From: an uncultured Verrucomicrobiae bacterium
Lineage (GTDB): Bacteria > Verrucomicrobiota > Verrucomicrobiia > Chthoniobacterales > JAATET01
Assembly (NCBI GenBank): GCA_963719495.1
Contig: CAVRCI010000010.1
Coordinates: 51,592 to 115,591 of the forward strand
Length of the DNA: 64,000 nucleotides
Reading direction: 5' to 3'
The notes beneath the pieces were generated by a model. That model made no database searches, had not been told where the DNA came from, and worked only from the letters and a program-made list of their open reading frames with translations. The position numbers and the translations under genes are program-made. Of the stretch, positions 48,695 through 58,755 are shown piece by piece. Each line of letters opens with the position of its first letter. Positions within the stretch are counted from its first letter, which is position 1.

Positions 48695-49074
48695 GCGAGC
48701 CGCTGTTTCTCTCCTTCGAGCAAATCAGACGGCTGCACCGGCTCTCCATCGACCGCTTCGGCGGGGCCGATGGCATCCGGGACTCCGCCCTTCTCGAAAG
48801 TGCGGCCCTGCATCCGCAACAGATCTACTTCTACACCGAAGCTGATCTTTTTGATGTCGCGGCGGCCTACGCGTTCCACCTCGCCCAAGCCCAGGCGTGC
48901 TTCGATGGAAACAAACGAACCGCCGTAGCCGCCGCCCTGATGTTTCTGGAGGTGAACGGCATCTCCACCGACTTCGACTCCCTTCCCCTTCACGCGGCGA
49001 TGATCGCCGTGGCCGAAAAGCAAATGGACAAGCCCGAGTTAGCCGCACTACTCCGAAGACTCTGCCAAACCTAA
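48691..49074 (+). CDS. doc: Death-on-curing (Doc/Fic) family toxin
   Basis: LH...I.RFGG..GIRD..LLESA, AAAYAFHLA, QACFDGNKRTA, FLEVNG. Confidence 0.9.
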   Translation: MSEPLFLSFEQIRRLHRLSIDRFGGADGIRDSALLESAALHPQQIYFYTEADLFDVAAAYAFHLAQAQACFDGNKRTAVAAALMFLEVNGISTDFDSLPLHAAMIAVAEKQMDKPELAALLRRLCQT

Positions 49075-49139
49075 AGGGCGTTCTTCCCGATAGTCCGCAG
49101 CGGCTCTTCGACCGGAATCAGTTCCGCGGACATTGCTGA

Positions 49140-49283
49140 TCCAACCCTGAAATCGCCGTGATCCTCGCCATTTCACCGCGCACCGTCGAAAAGCACGTCG
49201 ACGCCGTCCTCCACAAACTCGGCTTGGAAAACCGCATCGCCCTCCTCCTCGCCACCCGCGACGGTTTGCCGCATCAAGACTAG
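49140..49283 (+). pseudogene. LuxR HTH remnant (not in ORF track)
   Basis: Translates SNPEIAVILAISPRTVEKHVDAVLHKLGLENRIALLLATRDGLPHQD*, preceded in frame by TGA. Confidence 0.8.
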
Positions 49284-49391
49284 CGCAAGCTTCCAGCTTG
49301 CAAGAATCACCCGCACCTCCCGCAAGCCAGAGGCTCCCATCACCATCGGATTCCTCCATTCCAACCGCAACCCCACCCGGACCGCCCCACC

Positions 49392-49631
49392 TCACGAACC
49401 CCCGTTCGATTGTTCACCCATCGGCGTCCTATTCTCCACGACCACCCCCTCCGCCCGCAACCACCGCGCCACGGCCCCCGCCCGCGTCCTAACCCCCAGC
49501 TTCTTGAGAATATTTTCTGCGTGATGATTGACAGTTCGTCGACTGATCCCCAACCGCTCGGAGATCTCCGCGTCCCGTTGGTCCCGGATCATCCCGACAA
49601 TCACCTCCTGCTCTCGCGGCGTGAGTTTCAT
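49392..49631 (-). CDS. Stand-alone LuxR/GerE-type HTH protein
   Basis: MKLTPREQEV...EISERLGISRRTVNHHAENILKKLGVRTRAGAV. Confidence 0.82.
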   Translation of the reverse strand: MKLTPREQEVIVGMIRDQRDAEISERLGISRRTVNHHAENILKKLGVRTRAGAVARWLRAEGVVVENRTPMGEQSNGGS

Positions 49632-49717
49632 GATCTCCGAGTCACCACTCGGATATCTCGACTCGCAACTCATTAACTCCAGTAGGCGAACCCCAACACC
49701 ATTTCTACGTGTCGAAA

Positions 49718-50308
49718 TCAGTTCGACTGACGATTCGGGCAAATAAACTTTTCCCCCATTGCGTACGACTCCAGTTCGCAATCACAGTGAGTGAGCTGCG
49801 ACTGAAGGACCCGAGGGAGAACCGGGTCGTAGGCCGCCGAAAACGCCTGGGAGATCCGAGCAGTCCCTTGATAGTCCGCCAGTAAGACCATAACGAAGGA
49901 ATCTGTTCCCAATCGCGGATGGGAAAAGCGTGAATGAGGCACCATTTGATATCCGATCCTCATGTAAAACGGTATCATCGGACGATGAACATTGATCAAA
50001 TCGACTCTCATTCCTTTGAAATACTGATCGCGCCAAACCGCTTCGAAGAACCGATACGTTTCTGCAACTCTCCCCCGAAATTCCCTTGATTTGGTAAGAC
50101 GAGAAGCGGATCCGATCCATTCGCGGAACAATTCCAAATAAGTGTGCGGATAAAATTCCTCGCAATCGAGACGACCTGCACGGGCTTGATTCACTCGCAT
50201 CGATGCAACTGTCTCTCCGTCAATATCAAGTAAATAGTGGTCGGCGGTCTCATCGAACTCGTCTTCTGCCGGTGCCCCCGGCGAGTTGATGCTTCTCAGC
50301 TCGGTCAC
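49718..50308 (-). CDS. LuxI/FeeM-like GNAT acyltransferase (N-acyl amino acid synthase-like); start uncertain
   Basis: EDEFD..ADHYL...GETVASMRV, SASRL, FYMRIGY; frame stays open ~200 nt upstream without ATG/GTG/TTG; lower GC. Confidence 0.65.
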   Translation of the reverse strand: MTELRSINSPGAPAEDEFDETADHYLLDIDGETVASMRVNQARAGRLDCEEFYPHTYLELFREWIGSASRLTKSREFRGRVAETYRFFEAVWRDQYFKGMRVDLINVHRPMIPFYMRIGYQMVPHSRFSHPRLGTDSFVMVLLADYQGTARISQAFSAAYDPVLPRVLQSQLTHCDCELESYAMGEKFICPNRQSN

Positions 50309-50581
50309 CTGCCGAAACCTGTTATCTGACGACCTAAAACTCTCAACTGAAATGCCGACTCGTTCTGAGAGTGCCTCATTCGAACTGTGCGTCAGGGCTT
50401 TCGAGAGACAATCTGCCTGAGCCCACCGATTTGGTCCACCTAGCAGCCTGTCGGGCTTAGGCGATTTCGGGCCAAAACGAACGAAATTGATCGTTTTTGC
50501 CCACCGCCGGATGTCTCAGAGAAAATCAAAATGCCATATACGCCATTCTGGAGCGTCGGCTTTTCTAAGTCCGACAGACTC

Positions 50582-51493
50582 CTAGAGTGAGAGATTTCCC
50601 AGCGGTCTATCTCCGTTGGTTTGTGGTGTTTGTTGTGGTTGATGACCTCGGTGGTGGAGGGAGGGCGTAGCCCGACCGGAACCACCGAGGTCGGCGATTT
50701 CTTTGGCATACGCCTTGGGCGTGAGCAAGCCCAGAGAGCGATGCGGTCTCTCGTAATTATGGAGGTGTTTGTAATCGGCGAAGATCACCCGCGATTCGCT
50801 CAGCGTATAGATCAGTTCGCGATTGAGGCACTCACGTCGGAACTTATCGTTGAAGCTTTCCACATAGCCGTTCTGCCAAGGGCATCCTGGATCGATGTAG
50901 ATCGTCTTGATGTTCCTTGCTTTGAGCCAGTTTTGGATCGCTTTGGCTATGAACTCCGGTCCGTTGTCCGAGCGGATATACTCTGGCGCACCGTGCTCCT
51001 TGATCGCCTCCTCGAGCACGGCCAGGACGTCCACGGCCTTGATCGCTCGGTCCGAGTGGATGCAGTGGCACTCCTTGGTAAACTCATCAATGAGATTGAA
51101 GACGCGAAGCTTGCCTCCGCGAACGGTGTGATCGCTGACGAAGTCCCAAGCCCACACGTGGTTGCGGTGCTTGGCTTCTTGCGGCAGGCCGGTAGACAGA
51201 CCTTTCCGGCGTCGACGCGGTTTGGGCGGCGGCACTTCAAGTCCTTCCTCCCGACGCACGCGCTGGACCAGCTTCTTGCCCACTGACCAGCCCTGTTCGA
51301 CGAGCTTGCGCGTGACCTTGCGGTAGCCGAAAAACGCGTAGGTTTTGGACATTTTCACGATCTCTGCTTCCAAGAGCTTTTTCTTCTCTGGCACGGGCTT
51401 GGGAGTGTATCGCAGCGTGCTGCGATGCAGGCCCAGCCACCGGCTAACCGATCGCCCGGAACACGACAACGTCGCTTGAACCTTCTCGCTCAT
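50582..51493 (-). CDS. IS3 transposase OrfB (DDE)
   Basis: GYRK, HVWAWDF, IRSDNGPEF, PWQNGYVESFN..FRRECLN, YERPHRSLG. Confidence 0.95.
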   Translation of the reverse strand: MSEKVQATLSCSGRSVSRWLGLHRSTLRYTPKPVPEKKKLLEAEIVKMSKTYAFFGYRKVTRKLVEQGWSVGKKLVQRVRREEGLEVPPPKPRRRRKGLSTGLPQEAKHRNHVWAWDFVSDHTVRGGKLRVFNLIDEFTKECHCIHSDRAIKAVDVLAVLEEAIKEHGAPEYIRSDNGPEFIAKAIQNWLKARNIKTIYIDPGCPWQNGYVESFNDKFRRECLNRELIYTLSESRVIFADYKHLHNYERPHRSLGLLTPKAYAKEIADLGGSGRATPSLHHRGHQPQQTPQTNGDRPLGNLSL

Positions 51494-51513
51494 TCGACGG
51501 CCTCGCTCCGGGC

Positions 51514-51777
51514 TCAGAGGTTTTTTTCCAAAACAATCTCCAAGGCCCGCGCTTTGAGCATCTGATCGGCCAGCATCTTTTTGAGTTCCCCATTCTCCTT
51601 TTCCAAATCCCGGAGTCGCTGGGCCTCCTTGATACCCATCCCTCCATACTTGGCCTTCCAGCGGTGATACGTCGCTGCGCTGATCTCGTGCTTGCGGGTG
51701 ATCTCATCAACATTCATTCCCTCGCTCTCGCGAAGGATCCGAATGATTTGCTCTGTCGTTCTTCTCGTCTTTTTCAT
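51514..51777 (-). CDS. IS3 transposase OrfA
   Basis: TEQIIRIL, ISAATYHRWKAKYGGM, RLRDLEKENGELKK; A7 frameshift run at 51521-51527. Confidence 0.93.
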   Translation of the reverse strand: MKKTRRTTEQIIRILRESEGMNVDEITRKHEISAATYHRWKAKYGGMGIKEAQRLRDLEKENGELKKMLADQMLKARALEIVLEKNL

Positions 51778-51845
51778 CTGGATTCTCCTTTCCTACCCGG
51801 AAAATCCTCTCATAAAAAACGGACCAGTTTTCGGGGGCCCTGGCA

Positions 51846-52042
51846 GCGAGCAACCAACGAGCAACCGCTCCGGCGCGGGTTCGAACATTAAATTTGCCCA
51901 ATACGTTTTCCGCGTCTCGATTTACCGTTCGTCGGCTGATTCCCAATTGCGCCGCGATTTCCGCATCACGGAGATCGCTCACAAATCCATTCATCACTTC
52001 CAACTCCCGGGGTGTGAGCGGGACCGCCTCTTGCAAACTCAT
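51846..52042 (-). pseudogene. Second stand-alone LuxR HTH copy, 3' end cut by IS3
   Basis: LTPRELEV..RDAEIAAQLGISRRTVN..AENVLGKFNVRTRAGAVARWL, paralogous to 49392-49631; IS end follows directly. Confidence 0.75.
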
Positions 52043-52259
52043 TCCGATCTCATCAATCGCGTAATTCATTGCAGCGAGAATGCAGCGAAACGAAAACCTC
52101 ACCTATTCCCTAAATCAGGGGGGTGCTTTCTCAGGGGGTAGGCCCCAAGTCCTCTCAGGTTAACCCCTATGCTGCCACAGCCCAACCGCTCGCCGAACGT
52201 TTCTGGCGGCCAATGAAGTTCACGGAGGGCATTCAAGTCCTGCCATAGCTGCCCACCGT

Positions 52260-53006
52260 CTATTCCTGCCGCGCCAGGATCTCGCCCATCACCCGCTGAG
52301 CCGCTCCTCGCGCCGACGCCGGATTTTGCCCGGTGATCAAGCGGTCATCGACCACGACATTCTCCGAGAAATTCTCCGCCGTCACGACCTCGGCACCCAA
52401 TTCCGTCAACCGATCCTCGAGCAAAAATGGCATCTCGTCCGTCAACCCCACCGCCGCCTCCTCCGCGTTTGTAAAAGCCGCGACCTGCTTCCCCTTCACC
52501 AGCGCCTCTCCGTTCGCCAACTTCACGTCCACCAGCGCCGCCGGCCCGTGACAAACCGCTGCCACCAAGCCATCCGATTCCCACACCTCACGGATCGCCA
52601 TCTTCACCGCCGCCGAATCCGGAAAATCCCACATTGTCCCGTGACCGCCCGCGAAGAACACGGCATCGAAATCACCCGCCGTCACGTCCGCCAGCCTCAC
52701 CGTTTTCTCGACACCCTCCACCCCATCGACCTCACCGCCAAATTCCTTCCAGAACGCCGCATTCGCTTCGTCCTCCAATTCCAAACTCTTCGGATCCACC
52801 GGCGCAAATCCACCCGCCGGACTCGCCAACACAACGTCGAACCCCGCATCCCGAAACACCTCCAAAGGATGCGCCGCCTCGGACAGATAAAATCCCGTTC
52901 GCTTCCCGGTCTCCCCGAGTTCTCCGTGATTCGAAAGGACCAGCAAAACGGACGCCGCCGACAGATTGGAAACCATTAGCCCGAGTGTCAGCACGATCCA
53001 TTTCAT
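52260..53006 (-). CDS. Type 1 glutamine amidotransferase-like DJ-1/PfpI (Hsp31-type) protein with signal peptide
   Basis: TGFYLSEAAHP, ASPAGG.APVDP, AGGHGTMWDFP, AVCHGP, LITGQNPAS. Confidence 0.92.
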   Translation of the reverse strand: MKWIVLTLGLMVSNLSAASVLLVLSNHGELGETGKRTGFYLSEAAHPLEVFRDAGFDVVLASPAGGFAPVDPKSLELEDEANAAFWKEFGGEVDGVEGVEKTVRLADVTAGDFDAVFFAGGHGTMWDFPDSAAVKMAIREVWESDGLVAAVCHGPAALVDVKLANGEALVKGKQVAAFTNAEEAAVGLTDEMPFLLEDRLTELGAEVVTAENFSENVVVDDRLITGQNPASARGAAQRVMGEILARQE

Positions 53007-53033
53007 TCGCCCACCCTGCCACATTTAGGGACT

Positions 53034-53453
53034 TCAATCGCCGACAATTTTGACCAGCACCCGCTTCCGCCGCAGCCCGTCGAATTCCGCGTAGAAAATC
53101 TGCTCCCACGGCCCGAAGTCGAGTTCACCGTCCGTCACCGCCACCACGACCTCGCGTCCCATGATCGTCCGCTTCAGGTGGGCGTCGGCGTTATCCTCGC
53201 CCGTCCGGTTGTGGAGATACTGCGAGTGCGGTTTCTCTGGAGCCAGATCTTCCAGCCACCGTTCGAAGTCCTCGTGCAAGCCCGATTCATCATCGTTGAT
53301 GAAGACACTGGCCGTGATGTGCATCGCGTTCACCAGACACAGTCCCTCCTGAATCCCGCTCGCCCGCAGGCACCGATTCACCTCCGGCGTGATGTTCCGC
53401 ATCTCCCGCCTCGTTGAAACCTCGAACCACAATTCTTCTCGAAAACTTCGCAT
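53034..53453 (-). CDS. YjbQ (UPF0047) family protein
   Basis: [38 protein letters not shown]. Confidence 0.92.
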   Translation of the reverse strand: MRSFREELWFEVSTRREMRNITPEVNRCLRASGIQEGLCLVNAMHITASVFINDDESGLHEDFERWLEDLAPEKPHSQYLHNRTGEDNADAHLKRTIMGREVVVAVTDGELDFGPWEQIFYAEFDGLRRKRVLVKIVGD

Positions 53454-53563
53454 TCCAAAGTGATGCGCCCATCGGCCCGCCTCCGCAAGAATCACCATGG
53501 TTCCGACAATATCTTCACCCGAACAAGGTTGCGTTCGCGTTCCGGAGTTCGTTCGCTCCCAAC

Positions 53564-54883
53564 ATGCGCTTTCTCGTCACCGCCCTGCTCGCCCTGGCCG
53601 CCACCTCCGCCCCCGCGGCCAGCGTCATTTTCCTCCACCCCGACGGTGCCGGCGTCGCCCACTGGCAGGCCGCCCGTATGCTTTTCGAAGGCCCCGACGG
53701 CAACCTCCAGTGGGACCGACTTCGCCACATCGCCGTCTACCGCGGCCACCTGACCGACTCTCTCACCGGGACATCCAACGGCGGCGCGACCGTCCACGCC
53801 TACGGGGTCAAGGTCCCCCGCGCCGGCTTCGGCAGCGACGGCACGTCCGCCCAGCCGCCGGTCTCCGCAGGAGGCCAGCCGCTCAGCCTCATGCAGGAGG
53901 CCGAACGTCAGGGCATCCGCGTCGGCGTCGTCAATTCCGGCAGCATCATCGAACCCGGGACCGCCGCCTTCCTCGCCTCCGCCGCAAAGCGCGACGAATA
54001 CGCCTCCATCGCGAGCCAAATCATCGAGAGCGGGGCCGACGTCATCCTCAGCGGCGGCGAAGAATGGCTCCTGCCCGCCGGAAACCCGGGGCACCACGGC
54101 CCCGGCAAACGCCCCGACCAACTCGACCTCATCGCCCGGGCCGCCGAACTCGGCTACACGGTCGTCTACGATGCCGAGGAACTCGCCGCCGTTCCCGCCG
54201 ACACTCCCCGCCTTCTCGGGGTCTTCGCCTCCGGCCACACGTTCAACGACAAACCCCAACCCGAACTCACCACCGCCGGTCTGCCGCTCTACGAACCCAG
54301 CACCCCGACGCTCGCCCAGATGACCGCCAAAGCTCTCGAACTCCTCGGCGACGACGAATTCTTCCTCGTCGTCGAAGAGGAGGGTTCCGACAACTTCGGC
54401 AACAACAACAATGCTCCCGGGACGTTCGAAGCCCTCCGCCGCGCCGACGAGACCATCGGCCTCGCGCTCGACTTTCTCGAGACCCATCCCGACACGCTCT
54501 TCATCACCACCGCCGACAGCGAAGCCGGTGGCATGGACGTCATCGGCATCTCCGACAGCGAGACCAGCCTCGCGATCGCGAAAAACGGCCGCGACCGCAA
54601 CGCCGCCCCCTACAGCCTCACAGCCGACGGCCAGCCCTTCATCTCCGCCCCGGATCGCGCCGGCGTCGAACATCCCTTCGTTGTCACCTGGGGTTCCCTC
54701 GACGACACCTCCGGCGGCATCCTCGTCCGCGCCGCCGGTGCCCACGCCGACCTCGTCACCGGCTGCTTCGACAACACCGACGTCTACCGCGCCATGCGCC
54801 ACGCTCTCTTCGCGCCACCCGCCGACGAGACGGCCTCCGAATCTCTCCAGGACGGGGACGATCCTCAAGCTGGCCAACCGTAG
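53564..54883 (+). CDS. Alkaline phosphatase (PhoA-like family)
   Basis: Signal peptide, [55 protein letters not shown]. Confidence 0.88.
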   Translation: MRFLVTALLALAATSAPAASVIFLHPDGAGVAHWQAARMLFEGPDGNLQWDRLRHIAVYRGHLTDSLTGTSNGGATVHAYGVKVPRAGFGSDGTSAQPPVSAGGQPLSLMQEAERQGIRVGVVNSGSIIEPGTAAFLASAAKRDEYASIASQIIESGADVILSGGEEWLLPAGNPGHHGPGKRPDQLDLIARAAELGYTVVYDAEELAAVPADTPRLLGVFASGHTFNDKPQPELTTAGLPLYEPSTPTLAQMTAKALELLGDDEFFLVVEEEGSDNFGNNNNAPGTFEALRRADETIGLALDFLETHPDTLFITTADSEAGGMDVIGISDSETSLAIAKNGRDRNAAPYSLTADGQPFISAPDRAGVEHPFVVTWGSLDDTSGGILVRAAGAHADLVTGCFDNTDVYRAMRHALFAPPADETASESLQDGDDPQAGQP

Positions 54884-55565
54884 GACCGATACTCCCAATC
54901 AATCCGCCCGTCCGCGATCTCCAACACCCCAAACCCGAAGCTCGTCTCCAGATTCGGCCCCCGCCACCACCCGCCACTGATCGCGCTACCCATCACGAAT
55001 CTCCTCCCCGCCCAATCGATCACCTCGTTGGAATGCAGGTGACCCTGCAGCACCACCGGAAGTTTCCTTCCCTCGAAGACCGCCAGCACCTCGTTCGCAT
55101 TCGCCACGACGAGATTCTCAGGCAACCCCGCGCCGGGGTTCTCCTTACGTTGGAGAAATGTCGTCCGGAACAGAACGTGCGTCGCCACCACGGAACACCT
55201 GATCCCGCTCCGACCCCTCCACCACCCCGCGCAGCCACTCCAATTGCTCCGCCCCCACGAACCCCCAATACACCTTCTCCCCACCCGTCAGCTCGACCGA
55301 ATCCAGCACGACGAACCGATGGTCCCCCACGTCGAAAGTCCGATAATCGTCCGCGATCCCCAGTTCCCGCCGCGCCATGGCCCGCGGGTCCTCCGCCGCC
55401 TCGCCATCCCCTTTCGGGGCCGCACCGGCCAGGTCATGGTTCCCGATTACGTGCTCCACCGAGCGTCCCAACTCCGCCAAAAATTCCCGGTATTGGGCAA
55501 ACCGCGGCGCGCACTCCACTTCCGTCGAGACGTGATCACCGTGAAGGGCATCCCCGCCACCCACC
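54865..55565 (-). pseudogene. Metallophosphoesterase pseudogene (5' truncated, frameshift ~55195)
   Basis: GGD, IGNHD, FVVLDS, EQLEWL in one frame; VVATH, LQGHLH, GSAISGGWW in another; first DxH motif absent, replaced by a family E repeat. Confidence 0.75.
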
Positions 55566-55722
55566 CCCCCGGAGGGCGAGGCTCCCGCCGAGCCGTAACT
55601 CCCCGCCCAAGACCCCCGAACGCACCAACCACGCTCACCCACCATCGACTCGCCCGCTCCCGCTCGTCTCGCCCTCCGGGCTCCGGCGTTCACCCCACCA
55701 TTCACCATTCACCCGTCACCAA

Positions 55723-56544
55723 TCACAGGCGTAAACGCCCCCCCTCACCCTGACACCCCGGGCACCAGCAAGTCCGCCGCCCCCCGATCACTGCGCGCTC
55801 CAGCCCACCCTTGCAGCGCGGACACGTCCCCCCGTCCGTCCACCGGTGCGAAAAAAGCCATGACCGCGGATACCGCCAATCGTCATCGATCTGCTCGATC
55901 GACTTCACGCAAACGTCCCGCGTCGTCTTCCAAAGCAGCGTCGCCTCCTTGTCCGAAAGATCCCCCGACAACCGTCGCGGGTGCAGCCTCGCCCGCCAGA
56001 GAATCTCGTCCGCCATCCAGTTCCCCACCCCCGGAAACCGCTCCTGCATCAGCAACAACGGCTTCAACGGCGTCCGCGCCCGCCGTTTTAAAAAATCCCC
56101 CACCGCCTCGCGCGAAAAAGCCTCCGAGAAAACCGAAGGCGGCAACTTCGCCCACCACTCCGGCTCCCCCTTCCCTTGCCAATAGAGCAACCGCCCAAAA
56201 ACGCGCTGATCGTTAAAAACGAGCACGCGCCCTTTCTGCCGCAACAACAAATAATCGTGTTTCTCGGGCTCCACCCCAACCGGATCCACCCGCAACCGCC
56301 CCCGCATCCCCAGATGCACCCCCAACCACCGATCCCGCTTCCGCCCAAAGCGAAAAACCATCTGCTTCCCACTCGCTTCCGAATCCCCGATCACCTGCCC
56401 GGTCAAGCCATCCGTCAGCGCATCCACGTTCGTCCCCCTCAGCACCCGCACCGTCGGCTTGGGCACCAGCACCTCCACCACATTCTCCCCCAACCCCACG
56501 TCCCAAAGACGCCGCGCGTGATCCACTTCAGCTAATTCAGGCAT
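55723..56544 (-). CDS. Fpg/Nei family DNA glycosylase
   Basis: MPELAEV, GKQM, HLGMRG, NDQRVFG, GVGNWMADEILW, CPRC...CPGCQ zinc finger. Confidence 0.92.
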   Translation of the reverse strand: MPELAEVDHARRLWDVGLGENVVEVLVPKPTVRVLRGTNVDALTDGLTGQVIGDSEASGKQMVFRFGRKRDRWLGVHLGMRGRLRVDPVGVEPEKHDYLLLRQKGRVLVFNDQRVFGRLLYWQGKGEPEWWAKLPPSVFSEAFSREAVGDFLKRRARTPLKPLLLMQERFPGVGNWMADEILWRARLHPRRLSGDLSDKEATLLWKTTRDVCVKSIEQIDDDWRYPRSWLFSHRWTDGGTCPRCKGGLERAVIGGRRTCWCPGCQGEGGRLRL

Positions 56545-56725
56545 CGTATTCTTCCCTCCTTTGCGGTCTTGGCGACCTTCTGTTCAAAAAAAATCCCGCC
56601 GACCCGCGCCAGCGGGAGCCGGATCCATCCCTCTGCGAGCCGGAACGAAGTGGAGACCGACGAAGTCAAATCTGCGAAATCTGCGGTTAAAAACGTATTC
56701 GTATTCTCACCCATCCTCTCAGCGG

Positions 56726-58246
56726 TCATTCCAACGAGATGAAGTTTGCCTCCAGCGTCGTTCCCACCGTCCGCCCATACTCCGCGATCGCCTTCTGGTG
56801 ATCCGTCAGCGCCCGCACCTCGTTCACCTCGGCGGTCGCCAGGTCGCTCTGAAACTCCAGCACCTTGAACGTCGTCGCCGTCCCCGAGGCCAACCTCGCT
56901 TGCCCCGCCTCCAACGTCCGCTCCGCAAACACCCGCGCCGCCCGCGTCGTGTCGATCCGCTTCCGCGTCGTCTCGATCTGCCCCGCCGCGTTGTCCGCTT
57001 CGACGTAGATCGATTGCTCCAACTGCTTCAACGAAACCAACCCTCGCGCCACCTCCAGCTTCGACACCTGCAACTGACCCCGGGCCTCCCGGTTCGGAAT
57101 CGGTAGACTAAAATTCGCCCCCACGCTCCCGCGCAAATCGCTCGGCACCGTCAACTGCGACACGCTCTCGCCGATCTCCGTCTCGATCCCGTTCAGCCCC
57201 AGGCTCGCCACCAGGTCGAGTCGCGGCAAAGCCTGGTTCCGATTGAAAACCACGTTGATGTTCCGCTTCTGCAGATCGAGCAGAGCCTGACGGTAATCCG
57301 GCCGGATCTCGAAAGCCCGCTCCAGCCCCGCGTCCAAGTTCACCGTCACCTCCCGCTCGAACGGTGGCGGCGCGATCCGCACCGGCACGTCCAGCACGTC
57401 CGCCACCTCGTCCGTCACGAGCTGCTTCAGGAAATTCTGATTATCCGCCACCGACCGCTCCGCCACCAGCACCCGCTCCTCCCGCTGCGCCACGTCCGAC
57501 TGCGCCTGCACGACGTCCAGCGGCGACATCACGCCGATCTCCGCCCGCTTCTCGTTGTCCCGCAACAATTGCGCCGCCAAATCCCGCGACCGGATCTGCA
57601 CCGCCAGATTCTGGATCGAAAAGAACAGGTCGTTGTAAACCAACGCCGTGTCCGTCACCACGTCGATCAGACTCTGACGCAACTCCCAAGCCGAAATCGC
57701 CTGATCCGCCCGCGCGATCCGGATCTGCGCCAGGTTCACGTCCGTCCCAAAGCCCCGCAGCAAAGGCTGCGTAATCGATCCCCCCACAAACGTCTGGTAA
57801 CGCTGATCGATCGCGCTCCGCGTATCCGTATCCCGATTGACGTTCGCCCCCACGGCGTAACGCGTTCCCAGCGGCGTCAGCCCCGCGATCGAAGCCCGCG
57901 CCTCCGTCCCGCTCTCCCGCGCAAACCGCGCCTGCCCACTCCGCCCCGGCGCCGCCGAGTCAAACGTCGGATCCAAGGAGGTCAGATCCCGCCGACTCTC
58001 TTCATACGAATACCCCAGCTCCAAAGTCGGATCGAACACCCCCTCCTCGTTCAGCGTCCGAGCCTTCGCGATCTTCGGATTGTAGGCCTCGACCTGAATC
58101 CGAAAATTCTTCCCCAGCGCCATCTGAATCGCCTTCGAGTAAGTCAGATCCAAATCCTCCGCCCGTCCAAGAGCCACCGAAGCCACCCCCAACGCCGCCA
58201 CAACGCCAATCCGAAATCCGAAATCCGAAATCCGAAATCCCATCAT
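56726..58246 (-). CDS. TolC family outer membrane protein
   Basis: AIQMALGKN, FDPTL, ITQPLLRGFG, RPDY, NQALPRLDL; likely start ATG 58246 (ATGA overlap). Confidence 0.88.
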   Translation of the reverse strand: MMGFRISDFGFRIGVVAALGVASVALGRAEDLDLTYSKAIQMALGKNFRIQVEAYNPKIAKARTLNEEGVFDPTLELGYSYEESRRDLTSLDPTFDSAAPGRSGQARFARESGTEARASIAGLTPLGTRYAVGANVNRDTDTRSAIDQRYQTFVGGSITQPLLRGFGTDVNLAQIRIARADQAISAWELRQSLIDVVTDTALVYNDLFFSIQNLAVQIRSRDLAAQLLRDNEKRAEIGVMSPLDVVQAQSDVAQREERVLVAERSVADNQNFLKQLVTDEVADVLDVPVRIAPPPFEREVTVNLDAGLERAFEIRPDYRQALLDLQKRNINVVFNRNQALPRLDLVASLGLNGIETEIGESVSQLTVPSDLRGSVGANFSLPIPNREARGQLQVSKLEVARGLVSLKQLEQSIYVEADNAAGQIETTRKRIDTTRAARVFAERTLEAGQARLASGTATTFKVLEFQSDLATAEVNEVRALTDHQKAIAEYGRTVGTTLEANFISLE

Positions 58247-58755
58247 TCCGCCTTCTGCATCCACTCCAGCTCCCCGCCCTCGCCCTTCACCTGAACCCAT
58301 TCCCCCGAAAACGACCGGTTCCGCCACAGCTCCGCGTAATCGCCCTGCACCTCCGGCAGCGGCCGTTTCTCCTTCTCCGCCACGCCCTTCATCAGCCGCA
58401 TCCGCGCCGCGTTCTCCGCCCGCACCGTATCCCGCACGAAATCTCCGTTCTCCCCCGTCGTTTCCGCCAGGATCGCCAGCAACCCATCCGCACCCTCCCC
58501 GACCAACCGGCTATTCTTAAACACCTGCACGTCCGCCGCCCGATCCGCCGTCCCCTCCGCCACATCCCCGCTCGCCGCGGCGGCGGTCGGCGTCGCCTCG
58601 GTCGGCGGCTTCTTCGTCCCCTCGTCGTATTGATACACGTCGAGCCGCATGTTGATGTCCACCTTGATCGGCTCCGAGGTCCCCAAATCGATCTGCGGCA
58701 ACGAACACCCGCTCAACCCTACGACCAAAAACGCGACCAACACGAAAGCCTTCAC
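58243..58755 (-). CDS. YnbE-like lipoprotein fused to DUF1318 (YdbL) domain
   Basis: Lipobox LSGC, EPIKVDINMRLDV (YnbE-like), LVGEGADGLL...VRAENAAR...GEWVQ (DUF1318). Confidence 0.75.
   Translation of the reverse strand: MKAFVLVAFLVVGLSGCSLPQIDLGTSEPIKVDINMRLDVYQYDEGTKKPPTEATPTAAAASGDVAEGTADRAADVQVFKNSRLVGEGADGLLAILAETTGENGDFVRDTVRAENAARMRLMKGVAEKEKRPLPEVQGDYAELWRNRSFSGEWVQVKGEGGELEWMQKAE

Larger units (their letters stand above)
50549..51845 (-). mobile_element. IS3-family insertion sequence
   Basis: orfA/orfB, A7 slippery site, upstream end 5'-TGCCAGGGCCCCCGAAAACTGGTCC; other end TGGAGCG...AAGTCC is only an imperfect match; no TSD seen. Confidence 0.85.
45652..52259. mobile_element. Putative genomic island inserted in the DJ-1/PfpI gene 3' end (no integrase)
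   Basis: Flanking direct repeats; cargo of TA pair, IS3, lower-GC acyltransferase and LuxR paralogues/remnants. Confidence 0.65.

Noticed and set aside
45716..50308. Canonical LuxI/LuxR AHL quorum sensing
   Set aside because: Conserved AHL-binding and LuxI N-terminal residues are not recognisable
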